This document shows positions 56,157 to 64,000 of a stretch of DNA of 64,000 bases, in pieces; positions within the stretch are counted from its first letter, which is position 1, and the number at the start of each line of letters is the position of its first letter. The notes beneath the pieces were generated by a model. It saw nothing but the letters and a program-made list of their open reading frames with translations, was not told the origin of the DNA and did not search any database. Where the stretch lies: positions 71,059 through 135,058 of the forward strand of contig LFCQ01000003.1 of the NCBI GenBank assembly GCA_001189195.1, read 5' to 3'. Position numbers and translations under genes: made by a program. This stretch comes from Parcubacteria bacterium C7867-007 (GTDB lineage Bacteria; Patescibacteriota; Minisyncoccia; Phycocordibacterales; Phycocordibacteraceae).

Positions 56157-58076
56157 ATGACCGTCTCAGACGTACGCAAACGATTCCTTGAATTCTATAA
56201 GGCACGTGGCCACTCTATTATTCCCTCGGCACCTATCGTGCCAGGCAATGATCCAACCACCCTGTTTACCTCCTCGGGTATGCAGCCGCTCGTCCCGTAC
56301 CTCTTAGGCAAGGACCATCCAGAGGGAACACGCATTGTTAACTCACAAATGAGCTTCCGTGCAGGAGACATTGAAGAGGTGGGGGACAACCGTCACACCA
56401 CCTTCTTTGAGATGCTTGGTAACTGGTCTCTGGGAGATTATTTCAAGAAGGAACAAGTACCTTGGGTATTTGAATTCCTCACCAGCAAAGAAGAGGGTCT
56501 TGGGCTTGATCCTGAGAAACTATATGTAACGGTATTCGGTGGAGATACCGATGCAAATATGCCAGAAGATACTGAAGCAGTTGAGCTATGGAAAGGTCTC
56601 TATGCTGCAAAAGGAATCACTGCTGAGTTCGCAAACATCGGTTCAGAGGAAGAAGGGTATGAACGAGGTATGCACGGAAACGAGCGTATCTTTGCGTATG
56701 GCGCAAAGAAGAACTGGTGGAGCCGCGCTGGTGTACCAAGCAACATGCCTGCAGGGGAGCCAGGTGGTCCAGACTCTGAAGTCTTCTATGACTTTGGTCT
56801 TCCACATGATGAGAAGTGGGGTGCACATTGTCATCCTAATTGTGACTGTGGCCGATTTGTAGAGATTGGTAACTCAGTGTTCATGCAGTTCATCAAGAAT
56901 GAAGATGGTTCATTCTCGAACCTTCCAAAGCAAAACGTAGACTTCGGTGGTGGACTTGAACGCCTCACCTTCGCCACCATTGGTGTCCCTGATGCCTTTC
57001 TTATAGATGTATTTGATGCGGCACGTGAGGTACTTGAAACGCGCACCTCTATAAAGTATGGAGCTGAAGAAGGGTCAACTAAATCATTCCGTATCATCTT
57101 GGACCACATGCGTGCAGCAGCATTTATGCTAGCTGAAGGAGTTACCCCATCAAATACTGAGGCAGGGTACGTGCTTCGTCGATTAATTCGTCGTGCACTG
57201 CGTGAAGCAGATCGTTTAAATATTCAGGAGCCGGTGCTTGCTGAAGTGGCACAGGGGTACGGAAAAGCATACGCGGATCACTACCCACACGTACTAGAAA
57301 AGGCACAAGTTATCCATGATGAGCTTGCAAAGGAAGAGGATCAGTTCCGTAAGACACTTAAGAATGGTTTGAAGGAGTTTGAGAAACTCACCGCAAAGGG
57401 AACAATTGAGCCAGAGGATGCGTTCACCCTCTTCACCACCTATGGATTCCCGGTAGAGATGACGGAGGAACTTGCTAACGAACGTGAGCTAGAACTAGAT
57501 CTCACGGCGGTTATGAAGCTCATGGAGCAACATCAGGAGACCTCACGTGCAGGTGGTGCACAGCGCTTTGCAGGTGGTCTTGCAGACCATGCAGAGCAAA
57601 CTGTTCGCTATCACACTACCCATCACATCCTTCTTGCAGCACTTCAGAAAGTACTTGGTGACGAGGTGAAGCAGCGTGGTTCCAACATCACCTCAGAGCG
57701 TCTGCGTATAGACTTCTCTGCACCCGCAAAGATGACGGACGAACAGAAAGCAGAGGTGGAACGTATCGTTAACGACGTGATCTATCAGGACCTTCCTGTT
57801 ACTCGCACCGTGATGCCAAAGACTGAGGCAGAGCAGCTTGGTGCACAGATGGAGTTCGGTGTTAAGTATCCAGACATGGTTTCCGTATATTCTGTCGGTC
57901 CTATTCATGCAACGGAAGAGAACCCGGATATTCCAAATGCGTTCTCTCTAGAGTTCTGTGGTGGTCCACATGTAACTAATACAAAAGAGATTCATGAGGG
58001 TGATAGAAAATTCAAGATACAGAAGGAAGAAGCCGTTGCTTCAGGGGTACGTCGTATCAAAGCCGTGCTGGTGTAA
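56157..58076 (+). CDS. alaS: Alanine--tRNA ligase (no C-Ala domain)
   Basis: DPTTLFTSSGM, HTTFFEMLGNWS, HTTHH and EFCGGPH editing motifs; ends at GVRRIKA. Confidence 0.97.
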   Translation: MTVSDVRKRFLEFYKARGHSIIPSAPIVPGNDPTTLFTSSGMQPLVPYLLGKDHPEGTRIVNSQMSFRAGDIEEVGDNRHTTFFEMLGNWSLGDYFKKEQVPWVFEFLTSKEEGLGLDPEKLYVTVFGGDTDANMPEDTEAVELWKGLYAAKGITAEFANIGSEEEGYERGMHGNERIFAYGAKKNWWSRAGVPSNMPAGEPGGPDSEVFYDFGLPHDEKWGAHCHPNCDCGRFVEIGNSVFMQFIKNEDGSFSNLPKQNVDFGGGLERLTFATIGVPDAFLIDVFDAAREVLETRTSIKYGAEEGSTKSFRIILDHMRAAAFMLAEGVTPSNTEAGYVLRRLIRRALREADRLNIQEPVLAEVAQGYGKAYADHYPHVLEKAQVIHDELAKEEDQFRKTLKNGLKEFEKLTAKGTIEPEDAFTLFTTYGFPVEMTEELANERELELDLTAVMKLMEQHQETSRAGGAQRFAGGLADHAEQTVRYHTTHHILLAALQKVLGDEVKQRGSNITSERLRIDFSAPAKMTDEQKAEVERIVNDVIYQDLPVTRTVMPKTEAEQLGAQMEFGVKYPDMVSVYSVGPIHATEENPDIPNAFSLEFCGGPHVTNTKEIHEGDRKFKIQKEEAVASGVRRIKAVLV

Positions 58077-58149
58077 CATCCTCATCAATATTTAATCTTC
58101 TGTGTGTTCATATACCCCATGTGGCTTATAAGGTAATTACGAACACGCT

Positions 58150-58398
58150 ATGGGTATACTCCTCTGGGTAGTATTCGGTGCTATCGCGGGCTGGATTGCT
58201 TCAATGATTGTAAAAAGTGATCAGGGATTGCTGCTTGATATTGTGGTAGGTATTGTCGGTGCACTTATTGGCGGATGGGTCATGAATCTTCTTGGCTATG
58301 ATGGCGTAAGTGGATTCAATGTATACAGCATGGCTGTAGCTATTCTCGGTTCCGTCATTCTCCTCGCAATCGTTAAATCTATTCGACGTACTGCATAG
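58150..58398 (+). CDS. GlsB/YeaQ/YmgE stress-response membrane protein
   Basis: GAIAGWIAS, IVVGIVGALIGG, AILGSVILL. Confidence 0.9.
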   Translation: MGILLWVVFGAIAGWIASMIVKSDQGLLLDIVVGIVGALIGGWVMNLLGYDGVSGFNVYSMAVAILGSVILLAIVKSIRRTA

Positions 58399-58416
58399 CA
58401 GATCGCGTAGTTGTAA

Positions 58417-58455
58417 AAGAAGCAGCGACCGCATTATGTGGTCGCTGCTTCTTTT
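58417..58455 (+). terminator. Intrinsic terminator
   Basis: AAAAGAAGCAGCGACCGCAT-T-ATGTGGTCGCTGCTTCTTTT. Confidence 0.85.
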
Positions 58456-58505
58456 ACACGCATGTCGTATTAAGTACATGTGTATGTTTTGCTATACTCA
58501 CAGCA

Positions 58506-59828
58506 ATGGGTCTTTTTGGTAGCAAGACACGATCAACACAAATAATGATCGACGTTGGTTCGTCGTCGGTGGGTGGTGCGTATGTGTGTTATGAAAGTGG
58601 TCAGCTACCCATCATCTACTACAGTACTCGTATTAACATGGAGCCGCGTCCAAATGAGACGCACGAGGACTTAATGCTACGTACCTTGGAGGAGGTAACC
58701 AATCGATTGGTAAAGAAGGGGGCACCAGAGGTACGAAGAGAGGTGGGGAATGCACACGCTGATGGCACCCTTGTCTCTATTGCTGCTCCTTGGCAGGAAA
58801 CTCGAGTGCGCACAGAGACTATTCAGTCTGTTCGTCCATTTGTGTTCACCAAGAAACTCCTTAACGATACTGTTCGTAAGAGTGCAAACGTACAAGAGGG
58901 GTGGGTTGATTCTGGAGACTCGGTTATTGCCACTATTCTTAATGGATATGAAATACCGAATCCCTTTGGGAAATCAGTGAAGCGTGCAGAACTCGTTGTT
59001 CTTTCTTCCACACTTCAGAAAGAAGTGATGGAGAGTATTGAGCGAGTAATGCGTAAAGCATTTCACAGCCATGATGTTACCTTCACTGGCTTTGCACCTG
59101 TTTGGTACCGTATCTTCCGTGAAATGTACCAGCACGAGAATGACTACCTCATCCTTGATATTCGTGGCGCTCGTAGTGATTTGGCCTTTATACAGCGTGG
59201 CCTACTTCGTGACGTGGGTTCAATCCCACACGGCACTCGGGCGCTCCTATCTATAGGTCAGGCTGCATCAGACCTTATTCCCACCACAGTTATTCCGCAG
59301 GGAAGTGGCTTGGGGGCAAGTTATTTAAACCGTAACCGCAACGTACAGTTTGGAGCACGGGTACAGGAAGCAGAAGAAGAGTGGATAGAGTGCCTTGCAA
59401 CACTTCTCAAGGAGTTTGCAGGTCGCCAAGCACTTCCTCGTACTATGTTCCTCCTCGCAGATGATGATGTGCGCGGATTCTTGGTGCGTGCTCTTGATAC
59501 TCCTGCGATTCATACCATGTGGCTATCGGATGAACCACTTCGTATCGTACCCATCACTCCTGCACAGTTCACTCCCTATGTACGCACATTCGGAACCAAT
59601 GTTGCCGATATCTTTATAGATCTTCTTGCGCTGTATCACACCAAGAGCACACCAACCGTAGAGAATGAACCAGAGATACTTCCCCCACCGGTAAAGTTAA
59701 CGAAGGAGCAAAGGAAAGCGCTGAAGGAACAGGAGAAAGAGGCCGCAAAGGCAGCACGGCCAACCATGGGAGACATGGTCTCATCTGCAGCAGTAGGGGT
59801 AGAGGGAGAGCCAGATTTCAGCATGTAG
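58506..59828 (+). CDS. FtsA/PilM-like actin-fold protein (divergent)
   Basis: IDVGSSSVG phosphate-1 motif, LNGY, LILDIRG. Confidence 0.65.
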   Translation: MGLFGSKTRSTQIMIDVGSSSVGGAYVCYESGQLPIIYYSTRINMEPRPNETHEDLMLRTLEEVTNRLVKKGAPEVRREVGNAHADGTLVSIAAPWQETRVRTETIQSVRPFVFTKKLLNDTVRKSANVQEGWVDSGDSVIATILNGYEIPNPFGKSVKRAELVVLSSTLQKEVMESIERVMRKAFHSHDVTFTGFAPVWYRIFREMYQHENDYLILDIRGARSDLAFIQRGLLRDVGSIPHGTRALLSIGQAASDLIPTTVIPQGSGLGASYLNRNRNVQFGARVQEAEEEWIECLATLLKEFAGRQALPRTMFLLADDDVRGFLVRALDTPAIHTMWLSDEPLRIVPITPAQFTPYVRTFGTNVADIFIDLLALYHTKSTPTVENEPEILPPPVKLTKEQRKALKEQEKEAAKAARPTMGDMVSSAAVGVEGEPDFSM

Positions 59829-59927
59829 GCTTGCCCACAGGGGTAGTCGCATCAGGGATTAGGAGGAGTATACTTACGGGGTACTTATTGGCAGGGCGCT
59901 TATAGGGTTTTCGCATATCTATTTTCT

Positions 59928-61175
59928 ATGAACCGAACGTTAAACGACATCATTCCGCCATCGCGCCGCCGCACTCTTGAAGAAGACGGCTCAGGCACTC
60001 CTCCTCAGATGCCGCCACGCCCGCTCTCTGATCGTCCGAGCAGGCCTCCACGTTCTCCTCGTTCTGGTCGTGGATTCCCCTATGGCACCGCACTTATCGC
60101 CCTCATCGTTATCGCTGGTGCTGTTGCAGCCCTCATGTATTTCTCTGGCGCAAAGGTTGAGGTAACACCTGAAGCAAAGAGTGCAACTATCTCTGCAGAC
60201 TTCACCGCCACGGCAGGAGCAGGGGATCTTCCTTTTGAACTTGTTACCGTTGAAAAGACCGCAAGCCAAACAGTCCCGGCTGAGAGCACCGACACCGTGA
60301 ACGATCCTGCGAGCGGCAAGATCACTATCACTAACACTCAGGCCGCACCTCAGACACTCATCAAGAACACTCGTTTCCAGAGCCCTGATGGCCTCATCTT
60401 CCGTATCCATGATTCTGTATCCATTCCTGCAGGTGGCAGCATTGTGGCAATGGTGTATGCAGATGTTGGGGGCGCAAACTACAACATAGGTGCAACCAAT
60501 TTCACCGTGCCTGGTCTTAAGGGCTCAAAAGCCTTTGAACAGGTTACTGCCAAGTCCACAGAACCTATGACGGGTGGTTTCTCTGGAACTCGTGCAAGCG
60601 TTAGTCAGGGCACTCGTGATGCACAGAACGCAACAAATCAGACTACTCTTGAAAAGAGCTTGACCGCAGACCTTGCAAGCAAGATCCCTGCGGGGTACGT
60701 CTTGATTCCAGGCGCAACGTTTGTAACATACATGCCTCAACCTGATACCGAAGCTGAGGCAGGAAAAGTGAACGTAAATCAGAAAGGAACCATGACTGCA
60801 GTGGTATTTCCTGGTGAGGCACTTGGCAAAGCAATCGCTTATAAGGTTATCGGTGCATACAACGGCGAGACAGTAACGCTTCCTAATGTTTCTGGTCTTA
60901 AGCTGCTTCCTGCTCTTAATATCGCTCCCGCAAGCGGTGAGACGACCTTTAGCTTCAATCTAACTGGTACCACCAACGTGGTATGGAAGATAGATACCGC
61001 TAAGATAGGGGGTGCTGTGGCAGGAAAAACCCGTGATTCTGCTCAGGTTATCCTTCAGGGATTCCCTGAAATTAAGAGCGCCAGCCTTGTTCTTCGACCA
61101 TTCTGGGCAAGCACCTTCCCTCAGGACCCTGAAAAGATCAATATCTCGGTTGTTGAAACTGGGACTAGCGAGTAA
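59928..61175 (+). CDS. Membrane-anchored protein with baseplate-J-like beta domain
   Basis: TM; ASGKITITN...TL...TRF...G..F....V.IPAG....V.AD..G..YNI; GG.S. Confidence 0.65.
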   Translation: MNRTLNDIIPPSRRRTLEEDGSGTPPQMPPRPLSDRPSRPPRSPRSGRGFPYGTALIALIVIAGAVAALMYFSGAKVEVTPEAKSATISADFTATAGAGDLPFELVTVEKTASQTVPAESTDTVNDPASGKITITNTQAAPQTLIKNTRFQSPDGLIFRIHDSVSIPAGGSIVAMVYADVGGANYNIGATNFTVPGLKGSKAFEQVTAKSTEPMTGGFSGTRASVSQGTRDAQNATNQTTLEKSLTADLASKIPAGYVLIPGATFVTYMPQPDTEAEAGKVNVNQKGTMTAVVFPGEALGKAIAYKVIGAYNGETVTLPNVSGLKLLPALNIAPASGETTFSFNLTGTTNVVWKIDTAKIGGAVAGKTRDSAQVILQGFPEIKSASLVLRPFWASTFPQDPEKINISVVETGTSE

Positions 61176-61244
61176 GTAGCGGGCCTAGAGGCCAGTAGCT
61201 AGTTGACGCTTGAGCAACGGCTTGGTACGATAGCAGAGCTTCAC

Positions 61245-61460
61245 ATGGAGGAGGTCAAAGCAGAAGGAACAACGGGTACCGTTGAAGAGGTGCTCCCGAA
61301 TTCGTTGTTCCGTGTCCGCATGCCTTCTGGTGAGCTGCTGCTCGCCTACCTTGCCGGAAAGATGCGTTTGCATCGTATCCGTGTACTGGTAGGGGCCAAG
61401 GTCGAACTCGTCCTTGATCCCTACGGCGGGCGCGCTCGCGTTGTGCGGCGCTTGTCTTAA
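61245..61460 (+). CDS. infA: Translation initiation factor IF-1
   Basis: G.VEEVLPN..FRV, AGKMR..RIRVL.G. Confidence 0.95.
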   Translation: MEEVKAEGTTGTVEEVLPNSLFRVRMPSGELLLAYLAGKMRLHRIRVLVGAKVELVLDPYGGRARVVRRLS

Positions 61461-61468
61461 TACTCAAC

Positions 61469-61585
61469 ATGAAAGTACGCGCATCAATCAAGGTTCAGCA
61501 GCCGGGGGACATTATCGTCCGCCGTCGTGGCCGCCTATACCGCATCAACAAGCGCAATCCGCGCCGCAAGGCACGTCAGGGCTAA
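61469..61585 (+). CDS. rpmJ: 50S ribosomal protein bL36 (zinc-free type)
   Basis: Manually translated [38 protein letters not shown]; between infA and rpsM. Confidence 0.95.
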   Translation: MKVRASIKVQQPGDIIVRRRGRLYRINKRNPRRKARQG

Positions 61586-61612
61586 TTTTATATATTTCTA
61601 AATCTTATTCGC

Positions 61613-61993
61613 ATGCGTATTTCCGGTGTAACACTTCCTGATAACAAGCAGCTCGCATACGCGCTGCCACTTATCTATGGCATCGGCCCAACACGCGCTA
61701 AGGAAATCCTTACGCAAGCGAAAGTAGATTTCACTAAGAAGGGTTCAGACCTCACTGCAGATGAGGAGCAGACCATCCGTACTCTTGCAGAGGCATACAC
61801 CATTGAGGGTGAGCTGAAGCGTGAGGTTGGACAGAACATCAAGCGCCTTAAGGATATTCGTTCACAGCGTGGTATCCGCCATGAGCGCCGTCTTCCGGTT
61901 CGTGCACAGCGCACGAAGACCAACTCACGTACCGTACGTGGAAACACTCGTAAGACTATGGGTTCTGGTCGCCGTACGCTCGAGAAGACTTAA
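61613..61993 (+). CDS. rpsM: 30S ribosomal protein uS13
   Basis: MRISGV, IYGIG, LPVRAQRTKTNSRT. Confidence 0.98.
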   Translation: MRISGVTLPDNKQLAYALPLIYGIGPTRAKEILTQAKVDFTKKGSDLTADEEQTIRTLAEAYTIEGELKREVGQNIKRLKDIRSQRGIRHERRLPVRAQRTKTNSRTVRGNTRKTMGSGRRTLEKT

Positions 61994-62019
61994 TCCTGGC
62001 TGCATACACTTAATTACCT

Positions 62020-62454
62020 ATGGGAAAGAAACGAATCATTAAGAAGAGCGGACGCGGTCTCGATCAGGGACGCAAGGAGCGTGCCCTTTCAAAGGCTTCA
62101 AAGCGCCGTCTTGAAAAGGGTGTGCTTCATGTTGAAGCAACCTTCAACAACACTAAGGCAGTCCTCACCGACGATAAGGGAAATGCCATCATGTCTTCTT
62201 CTGCAGGAGCGCTTGGTTTCTCTGGTGCTCGTAAGTCGACTCCTTATGCAGCCGCTAAGGTAGGTGAGCTTCTTGGTGAAAAGGCCTCTCTTATTGGTCT
62301 TAAAGAGGCATCCGTTATTATCCGCGGTGTTGGTGCAGGTCGTGAGTCAGCGCTTCGTGCATTCTCTGGAAAGGGAATTCAGATTCGCTCTATTCAGGAC
62401 AAGACTCCCGTTCCTCACAACGGACCTCGCCCTAAGAAGGCGCGTCGCGTATAG
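62020..62454 (+). CDS. rpsK: 30S ribosomal protein uS11
   Basis: ATFNNT, RKSTPYAA, DKTPVPHNG. Confidence 0.98.
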   Translation: MGKKRIIKKSGRGLDQGRKERALSKASKRRLEKGVLHVEATFNNTKAVLTDDKGNAIMSSSAGALGFSGARKSTPYAAAKVGELLGEKASLIGLKEASVIIRGVGAGRESALRAFSGKGIQIRSIQDKTPVPHNGPRPKKARRV

Positions 62455-62476
62455 CCCATTATTTATTTGAATCCGT

Positions 62477-63085
62477 ATGAAAGTAGGACCTAAGTATAAG
62501 ATCGCAAAGCGCCTCGGACCCTCAGTATTTGAGAAGACCCAGACGCAGAAGTTCGCACTCGCTCAGGAGCGTGCTTCAAAGACACGCAAGCGTGGTCGTG
62601 GCCCTACCGAATACGGTAAGCAGCTTCTTGAGAAGCAGAAGGTTCGTATGACCTACGGTCTTCCTGAGCGTCAGTTCGGACGCTATGTCCGCGAAGCTAT
62701 GGAAACTCATGGCGCAAACCCTGCAGATACTCTCCACACCACTCTTGAGATGCGTCTCGACAATGTTATCTATCGCCTCGGCCTTGCGCCGACGCGCCGT
62801 GCAGCTCGTCAGATGGTGTCTCATGGACACATCACGATCAATGGTCGCAAGACTACGATCCCTTCTCGTATGGTTCATATCGGGGAGACGATCGGTGTTC
62901 GCGAGGGCAGCAAGACCCGCGTTCTCTTCGAGAACTTCGGTGATAAGTTCGCAGAGCGCACGCTCTCGAGCTGGCTCACCTGGAACCCGAAGTCTATGGA
63001 AGGCGGTGTGCAGCAGGTGCCAACAATGGAGTCTGCTGATCCAGCAGGTGACCTTGTTGCGGTGCTCTCGTTCTACAGCCGCTAG
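62477..63085 (+). CDS. rpsD: 30S ribosomal protein uS4
   Basis: [24 protein letters not shown]. Confidence 0.98.
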   Translation: MKVGPKYKIAKRLGPSVFEKTQTQKFALAQERASKTRKRGRGPTEYGKQLLEKQKVRMTYGLPERQFGRYVREAMETHGANPADTLHTTLEMRLDNVIYRLGLAPTRRAARQMVSHGHITINGRKTTIPSRMVHIGETIGVREGSKTRVLFENFGDKFAERTLSSWLTWNPKSMEGGVQQVPTMESADPAGDLVAVLSFYSR

Positions 63086-63121
63086 TTTTTATTAATCTAC
63101 AAGGTAATTACTGATTGAGTT

Positions 63122-64000
63122 ATGGAATACCAAGTCACCCTACCGTCAAAGCCGCGTATTGTTTCTGAAGAAGGAGTTCAGGGCATTTATGAGATCGATT
63201 CTCTATACCCTGGCTACGGTCATACCCTCGGCAACAGTCTTCGCCGCATTATCCTTTCGTCACTTCCTGGCGCAAGCATCACCTCAGTGAAGATTGAGGA
63301 TGTACAGCATGAGTTCGCTACCGTTGAAGGTATCCGCGAAACCGTTATGGAGATCCTCCTTAACCTTAAGCGTGTTCACTTCGCACTTCATGGCGACGAA
63401 GCACAGACTATCCGCCTTTCTGTTAAGAACGGTAAGGATGTTACTGCAGCTGATTTCTCACTTCCTGCACAGGTTACAGTTGCAAACCCTGATCAGCACA
63501 TTCTTACGATGGCAGGCAAGGGTTCATTTGAACTTGAAGCAACTATCGAGCGTGGTCTCGGCTACGTACCCCGCGAGCTTCTTACCAAGGAGAAGGTAGA
63601 TATTGGTACTATTGCACTTGATGCAACCTTCACCCCAATTCGCCGCGTAAACTACGAGGTAGAGAACATGCGTGTTGGTGATCGTACTGATTTCAACCGC
63701 CTCCGTATCCTTATTGAGACCAACGGTACTATCGGCCCCCGCGAAGCACTTGAGAACTCAATCGAGATCATGATCCACCAGCTTAAGTCTATTGTTGGCT
63801 TCCAGGAGGATGATGAGAACGTATCTGCTTCTTCAAGCCCAATGATGCTTGATGACGAAGATGCTTCATCTAAGGACGTTTCAAAGATGAAGGTTGAAGA
63901 CCTCACTCTTGGTGCTCGCATCATCACCGCTCTCACTGACGCAGGTATCAAGACTGTTGCAGGGCTATCCCGCAAGTCTCCTGGTGCCCTTAAGGAGCTT
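63122..64000 (+). CDS. rpoA: RNA polymerase alpha subunit, partial (runs off window end)
   Basis: Manually read MEYQVTLPSKP..., GYGHTLGNSLRRIILSSL, VQHEF, LNLK. Confidence 0.97.
   Translation, partial: MEYQVTLPSKPRIVSEEGVQGIYEIDSLYPGYGHTLGNSLRRIILSSLPGASITSVKIEDVQHEFATVEGIRETVMEILLNLKRVHFALHGDEAQTIRLSVKNGKDVTAADFSLPAQVTVANPDQHILTMAGKGSFELEATIERGLGYVPRELLTKEKVDIGTIALDATFTPIRRVNYEVENMRVGDRTDFNRLRILIETNGTIGPREALENSIEIMIHQLKSIVGFQEDDENVSASSSPMMLDDEDASSKDVSKMKVEDLTLGARIITALTDAGIKTVAGLSRKSPGALKEL

Noticed and set aside
59928-61175. Prophage (baseplate-like gene)
   Set aside because: No terminase, capsid, tail or integrase genes; flanked by core genes and carries a TM anchor

Overview
Chromosomal segment of a small-genome bacterium, most likely Patescibacteria/CPR (Parcubacteria-like). 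This is inferred from the Nudix-inserted LeuRS, C-terminally short AlaRS, minimal ATP synthase delta/epsilon, FtsA-like plus baseplate-J-like gene pair and pervasive leaderless gene starts. Housekeeping content includes atpBEFHAGDC, ychF, leuS, pyk, lexA, tRNA-Asn, hpf, fmt/def, priA, murA, mreB, mnmA, ung, alaS and infA-rpmJ-rpsM-rpsK-rpsD-rpoA. The main unexplained structure is a family of 28-bp direct repeats (consensus RGTTCCMACRT-YGTMCC-AGACTGCCAGC) at two loci, 13.45-14.18 kb and 47.66-49.35 kb. Each array opens with an orphan tRNA-Gln-like 3' end placed right after the stop codon of a conserved gene. The repeats separate 166-488-bp cassettes, most with their own promoter and terminator, and three consecutive cassettes appear to encode structured non-coding RNAs rather than proteins. 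Two further stand-alone structured RNAs lie at 12.1 kb and 36.7-37.0 kb. About a dozen self-contained, Shine-Dalgarno-led, often GC-rich genes are also present, several of alphaproteobacterial style (two PEPxxWA-CTERM proteins, an XRE regulator, small secreted proteins), and contrast with the leaderless native genes. All calls are from reading the sequence; no searches or folding programs were run.
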